From: Faecousia sp.
GTDB lineage: Bacteria; Bacillota; Clostridia; Oscillospirales; Oscillospiraceae
Reading direction: 5' to 3'
Length of the DNA stretch: 64,000 nt
Assembly (NCBI GenBank): GCA_045578895.1
Contig: JAZNLC010000053.1
Coordinates: forward strand, 14,441 to 78,440
Numbering within the stretch: the stretch's first letter is position 1; each line of letters opens with the position of its first letter. Position numbers and translations under genes: made by a program. Of this stretch, positions 59,555 to 64,000 are shown one piece after another. Under the pieces are notes generated by a model. That model was given only the letters and a program-made list of their open reading frames with translations. It made no database searches and was not told the DNA's origin.

Positions 59555-60889
59555 ATGCTGAAAGCAGGAATGTCCCGTGTGGATATCACGCCTCCTCAGG
59601 GTTTGGAGTTGGCTGGTTATCCCCACTATCCCCGTAATAATACCGGTGCCCATGATCCGCTGTATGCCGCATGCATGTATTTGGAAAACGACGGTGTTGA
59701 AGTAGCAATGGTTACACTGGATCTGTTGTTCTTCTCCAAAAAGCATGTTAAGGTTGTCCGCGAGCGCGTAGAAGCAGCATGCGGTATTCCCGGCGCAAAT
59801 GTTATGATCAGCTGCTCTCATACTCACTCCGGCCCCTGGGCATCCGGCCGCCTGGATATCGAAAGCCTGGAAGCCGGTAAGGAACAGCCTCATGAGTATG
59901 TGGAATCTTTGATCCAAAATATTGTTAAGATCATTTCCGACGCAAAGGCAAATGCTTTCGCAGCATCTTTCGGTTCCGGCACTGCTCTGTGTGGCGCTGA
60001 GTCCGGCATTGGCGGCAACCGCCGTATCCCCGGTGGCCCCCATGATCCTACTGTCAGTGTTCTTGCTGTTAAGGACGAGAAGAATGTGGTTCGTGGTATT
60101 TTTGTAAACTACACCTTGCATCCTACCTTCATCCATGAGTGGAGCAACGTATGTACTGCTGACTATCCTTGCTATCTGAAGCTGCAGTTGGAAGAGATGG
60201 AACCCGGCGTGATCGTTGGCTTTGCACAGGGTACTTCTGGCAACCAGTCCAGCCGTTACTACCGTCAGGGCGAGAGCTATGATGAGGCTGAGCGCGTTGG
60301 CCGCACTTTGGGCAAGGCTGCGCATAAGGCGCTGATGGCAGCTACCTGGACCAATGAACTGCCGATTGCCGTTGCCGGCACTGAGGTAGAACTGGAACTG
60401 CGTAACTTTGGCACCGAAGAAGAGCTGATGGAGCAGGTTGCTCACGATGAAGCGATTTACAAAGAGCTGTATGCTAAGTACGGTGATTCTAAGGTCCGTG
60501 AGGAATACTATCTGTGGCAGAATGCTAACCTGAAGCTTTTGGGCTCTGAAGACCAGTTGGGTTATGTACGTATGCAGAAGCGCGGCATCAAGGTAGAACT
60601 GCTGGATGATGAGGCTCCTGCTGAGATCCAAATTTTCCGCCTGGGTGGTACCTGCGTGATTGGTATTCCCGGTGAGGCTTTTGTTGAGTATGGTCTTTAT
60701 TTGAAGGCTGCGGCCGGTTTTGGCATGGTTGTCGTTAATGAATTGACAAATGGTGTTCTACCCGGCTACCTGTATACGCCTGAGTCTCTTGTGACCGGTG
60801 GTTACGAGACTGACACTTCTATGCTTGGCGAGAAGTTTGGTCGAAAACTGATCGATAAAGTTTTGGATACTGTAGAGCTTGTGAAATAA
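59555..60889 (+). CDS. Neutral/alkaline ceramidase-like Zn amidohydrolase
   Basis: DITP, LAGY, HDPLYA, SHTHSGP, NYTLHP, ADYP, QG.SGN, PGE.F. Confidence 0.8.
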   Translation: MLKAGMSRVDITPPQGLELAGYPHYPRNNTGAHDPLYAACMYLENDGVEVAMVTLDLLFFSKKHVKVVRERVEAACGIPGANVMISCSHTHSGPWASGRLDIESLEAGKEQPHEYVESLIQNIVKIISDAKANAFAASFGSGTALCGAESGIGGNRRIPGGPHDPTVSVLAVKDEKNVVRGIFVNYTLHPTFIHEWSNVCTADYPCYLKLQLEEMEPGVIVGFAQGTSGNQSSRYYRQGESYDEAERVGRTLGKAAHKALMAATWTNELPIAVAGTEVELELRNFGTEEELMEQVAHDEAIYKELYAKYGDSKVREEYYLWQNANLKLLGSEDQLGYVRMQKRGIKVELLDDEAPAEIQIFRLGGTCVIGIPGEAFVEYGLYLKAAAGFGMVVVNELTNGVLPGYLYTPESLVTGGYETDTSMLGEKFGRKLIDKVLDTVELVK

Positions 60890-60904
60890 TAGGAGGATAT
60901 TATC

Positions 60905-61867
60905 ATGATTTTTGGTGAAGACAATTTTACCTTTAAGTGTGCCGATTTTTATCCTTTCAAGGATCAGGCTGAAATCGACCGTGTTCGCAAGATCACCAAG
61001 GCTGAGCTGGTTGCCATGAACGGCAAGCACCCCACCAACCCCAACATGCAGTTCAATGTGATCCCTGTTGACGAATTTGAAACTGTCATGCTGACCGATA
61101 TGCTCAAGCGCATCATTGATTCCGACCGTTTGGATCAGAAGTGCGTTATGATCATGTGCAATCCGAATCCTACATATATCAAGGTTGCTTATATGCTTCA
61201 TGAGCTGAACGTCAACTGCCGCAATGTAAAGTTCTACATGATGGATGAGTGGGCAGACGATCAGGGCAATGTTGCTCCTTTGAGCTACAAGGCCGGTTTC
61301 GGTAATGCATTCTATCGCTATATGGTTTCCAGAATTATGGATTTGGGCTTTAAGGAAGAGAATTTCATTTACCACAGCAATGAAGTTACTCCCAACTTCT
61401 CCAAGATGCTGGAAGATGACGGCGAAGCAGATATCGTTTACTCCGGTCCCGGTTGGCCCGGTCACTTGGCCTTTATTGATCCTGTTGAGGATTGGTTCTG
61501 TGATTCCATGGAAGAGTACTGCGCTCAGGGCGCTAAGGTTGCAAGTCTGCATCCTCTGACCATTGCGCAGAACTCCCTGCACGGTGGTTTCGGCTGCTCC
61601 GGTGATATCTCCAAGGTTCCCCCCAAGGGCGCTATGATGGGTCCCCGCGATGCTATGAAGGCCAAGAATGTTCTGGATATGCACGGCATTACTACCGCAG
61701 GCAGTCATGTTGCATGGCAGCGTTTGACCTCCCGTTTGGCTCTGTTTGGCAAGCCCAGCCAGGATTGCCCCGCTTCCATCCTGCAGCTGCGTGAGAACCC
61801 CACTAAGGTCATCATGAGTGACAACATTGCTGCTGACATTCTCTGCGATGACATGTACCAGTATTGA
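60905..61867 (+). CDS. Second divergent NagB/RpiA-fold deaminase/isomerase-like protein
   Basis: YMMDEWAD, G.GWPGHLAFIDP, LHPLTIAQN; distant paralogue of 29905-30852 ([23 protein letters not shown]). Confidence 0.65.
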   Translation: MIFGEDNFTFKCADFYPFKDQAEIDRVRKITKAELVAMNGKHPTNPNMQFNVIPVDEFETVMLTDMLKRIIDSDRLDQKCVMIMCNPNPTYIKVAYMLHELNVNCRNVKFYMMDEWADDQGNVAPLSYKAGFGNAFYRYMVSRIMDLGFKEENFIYHSNEVTPNFSKMLEDDGEADIVYSGPGWPGHLAFIDPVEDWFCDSMEEYCAQGAKVASLHPLTIAQNSLHGGFGCSGDISKVPPKGAMMGPRDAMKAKNVLDMHGITTAGSHVAWQRLTSRLALFGKPSQDCPASILQLRENPTKVIMSDNIAADILCDDMYQY

Positions 61868-61879
61868 TAAGGAGTAGTT

Positions 61880-62815
61880 ATGATTTCTTGTACTGAATTC
61901 ATTCCTGCGTATAGCGAACTCTTCACATTTTTAGAAGATAAGCATGGTAGGGCAGAAGTGGATGCATTTTGGAAGTATCTGTTTGCTCCTACCGGTGATG
62001 GCATTCCGCTGATCAATTTCGTACAGAAGGAGGGCATCCGCGGATGCTTCTCCTACTGGTCCGGTACATTGAATGAAGAAGCTGCTGACTTTACAATGTA
62101 TTTGAATGAAAAAGCCGGCTGGTTTCTGCTGGACATGCACCACTGTCCTTCCAAAGGTAGATTGCTCAAACTGAAGGATGAGATCGGCATCGTTCCTTAT
62201 CACCACTACTGTCTGCATTGCGACAGCTACCGCAGTGCGATTGAAAAAGTTGGTCTTGGTTATATTTATAACTTTGCCGGTATGGACCATGCATCTTGCT
62301 CTATTCTGATTTATGATCCAAAGATTTTCAAGGGACAGGTCATTGTGAATGAGGATACTGTGATTATGGATCGTAAGGCTTCTGAGAATGAGTATTTTCA
62401 TCCCGATTTTCATAGCAGTATGAATATGGGCATCCATTATGTCGGCGAAAACTACGGCTTGGATGCGGTTCGTGAATATTTGACCCGGTATACAAAGAAT
62501 GTATACTGCTCTGTTATTGAGGATGCGAAAAAACGGGGCGTAGTGGCGATTGCTGATAAGATTGTGGACACTTATACTAAAGAGAAAGCATTGGATATTC
62601 TGAAAATCGAAAACAGAACGAATGGTATCTCTGTTTCTGTAGAGTATTGCCCTGCGGTCAAACATCTAAAGGCTACAGGCCGTGAGGTTTCTTCGTGGTA
62701 TAAGTATACTACAGAAGTGGTTATGGATGTGCTTGCACAAGAAGCAGGTGTTAGATTCTCAATGGATTATTATGATGAAGCAACAGGAGCAGCAAAGTAC
62801 AGCTTTGTTAGTTAA
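61880..62815 (+). CDS. Hypothetical protein with internal duplication (V4R/ATC-hydrolase-like halves)
   Basis: Halves share F/Y..E..G...V...(W/L) and CP motifs (MHHCPS / VEYCPA); the N-half also has YCLHC and a further Cys. Confidence 0.55.
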   Translation: MISCTEFIPAYSELFTFLEDKHGRAEVDAFWKYLFAPTGDGIPLINFVQKEGIRGCFSYWSGTLNEEAADFTMYLNEKAGWFLLDMHHCPSKGRLLKLKDEIGIVPYHHYCLHCDSYRSAIEKVGLGYIYNFAGMDHASCSILIYDPKIFKGQVIVNEDTVIMDRKASENEYFHPDFHSSMNMGIHYVGENYGLDAVREYLTRYTKNVYCSVIEDAKKRGVVAIADKIVDTYTKEKALDILKIENRTNGISVSVEYCPAVKHLKATGREVSSWYKYTTEVVMDVLAQEAGVRFSMDYYDEATGAAKYSFVS

Positions 62816-62829
62816 AATGGAGGATAATT

Positions 62830-63627
62830 ATGACTACAAAAGAACTTTTTGATTTGACTGGGCAGGTAGCAATTGTTACCGGTGGCAGAGGTCTTTACGG
62901 CGCTTCTATTTCTGAAGGCCTTTGTGAAGCCGGTGCTACAGTCGTTATTGCTTCCAGAAATGGTGCTAAGTGCGAGGCGTATGCTGAAACACTGCGCGCT
63001 AAGGGATATAATGCTGTGGGTATGTCTTTGGATCTGAGCGATGATGATTCTATCAAGAAGCTGGCAGCAGATGTGTGGGAAAAGTACGGCAGAATCGATA
63101 TCCTGATCAACAATGCGGTTGACCGTCGTAACATGACTTCTTTGGCTGATGCCACCCGTGAAAAGCTGCAGGATTCTGCCAGCACAAACCTGAATGGCCA
63201 GATCCTGCTGTCTCAGGCTGTGATCGAATACATGATCAAGCAGGATTGCGGCAGCATTGTAAACATCAGCTCCATGCGTGGTTTGGACTGCCCTCACTTC
63301 CCCCTGTATCCCGAGGGCTGGGGCGATCAGCCTGTAAACTACACCACTGAAAAGTGGGCAATGGTCGGCCTCACCAAGTATATGGCTGGTCGTTACGGCA
63401 AGAACCATATTCGCGTTAATTGCATCGCTCCCGGTGGTTTCAATCCCGGTCTGTCTGATGATCCCATCAAGAAGGACTTCGTTAAGAATTACATTGATAA
63501 CTGCCCCCTGGGCTGCTGGGCAAACGAAGACGACATCAAGGGTCCCGTTGTGTTCCTGTCTTCCAAGGCTGCTAACTATGTGACAGGTGCTACTCTCGTC
63601 ATGGATGGCGGATGGACTATCTGGTAA
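62830..63627 (+). CDS. Short-chain dehydrogenase/reductase
   Basis: TGGRGLYG, NNA, NISS, YTTEK (YxxxK), IRVNCIAPGG, DGG. Confidence 0.93.
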   Translation: MTTKELFDLTGQVAIVTGGRGLYGASISEGLCEAGATVVIASRNGAKCEAYAETLRAKGYNAVGMSLDLSDDDSIKKLAADVWEKYGRIDILINNAVDRRNMTSLADATREKLQDSASTNLNGQILLSQAVIEYMIKQDCGSIVNISSMRGLDCPHFPLYPEGWGDQPVNYTTEKWAMVGLTKYMAGRYGKNHIRVNCIAPGGFNPGLSDDPIKKDFVKNYIDNCPLGCWANEDDIKGPVVFLSSKAANYVTGATLVMDGGWTIW

Positions 63628-63639
63628 GGAGGATATCCT

Positions 63640-64000
63640 ATGAAGTATATTACCACTAGAGGTCAGACTATGGCTAGATTCCAGTTGGGTACTGTTCAAC
63701 TGGGTATGACCTACGGTTTGAGCGCCAACAACGAGAAGCCTTCCGAAGAGTCTTCTTTCGCACTGCTGGATCGTGCTATGGAGCTGGGTGTCGATAATCT
63801 GGACACCGCCAATAACTATGGTGATTCTGAGGCTACGATTGGCCGCTGGATGGACAAGCGCCGTGCTGAAAACAAGGCTCTGCCTTGGGTTGTGACTAAG
63901 ATCGGTCCAATGAAGCATGGCTCCTACGACATCCTGCGTGATGACGTTCTGCGTCAGACCGAAGGGTGCTGCAAGAACCTGGGCGTCGAGACTTTGGATT
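63640..64000 (+). CDS. Aldo/keto reductase, N-terminal part (3' truncated by window; not in the ORF track)
   Basis: AAGGAGG RBS; LGTVQLGMTYG, G..N.DTA..YG.SE, VVTK. Confidence 0.88.
   Translation, partial: MKYITTRGQTMARFQLGTVQLGMTYGLSANNEKPSEESSFALLDRAMELGVDNLDTANNYGDSEATIGRWMDKRRAENKALPWVVTKIGPMKHGSYDILRDDVLRQTEGCCKNLGVETLD

Noticed and set aside
1-64000. CRISPR array, cas genes, reverse transcriptase/DGR/retron, toxin-antitoxin pairs, IS transposases, rRNA
   Set aside because: No regularly spaced repeat-spacer array, RT motif or recognisable such ORF was seen by eye; short arrays could have been missed.

Overview
Chromosomal window of a Gram-positive, probably spore-forming Clostridia-class gut anaerobe (Oscillospiraceae-like gene style; taxonomy is inference). 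It has three parts. (1) 1-11.5 kb, host genes: mreB/mbl 3' end, an ECF sigma/anti-sigma pair, a Cys-rich hypothetical gene, GH2 and GH29 hydrolases, mutY, a secreted PIG-L deacetylase and tRNA-Arg(ACG). (2) About 11.5-24.2 kb, an element integrated at the tRNA-Arg 3' end: tyrosine integrase with an inserted HTH, repressor/cro/xis switch, SaPI-like HTH gene, Rad50-like ATPase with SSB-like and MBL-hydrolase genes, replication initiator, ArpU-like activator, its own sigma-70 factor and a C-terminally truncated 1,400-aa polyvalent protein (HExxH metallopeptidase-like plus ADP-ribosyltransferase-like modules). No capsid, terminase, tail or lysis genes and no right att site were found. (3) 24.3-64 kb, a dense carbohydrate-catabolism island: uxaBA, several AraC/GntR regulators, non-canonical amino-sugar modules, GH4, a cytoplasmic FG-GAP propeller protein, a LacZ-type GH2, an Opp/Dpp-type ABC importer and a NanA/YhcH/FGGY/NagA/ceramidase-like/NagB-like/SDR/AKR run that may catabolise a non-canonical nonulosonic or other N-acylated sugar acid. 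Three intergenic regions around the ABC operon can be hand-folded into multi-stem RNA structures with possible pseudoknots. All calls are by eye from motifs; no database search or folding program was run.
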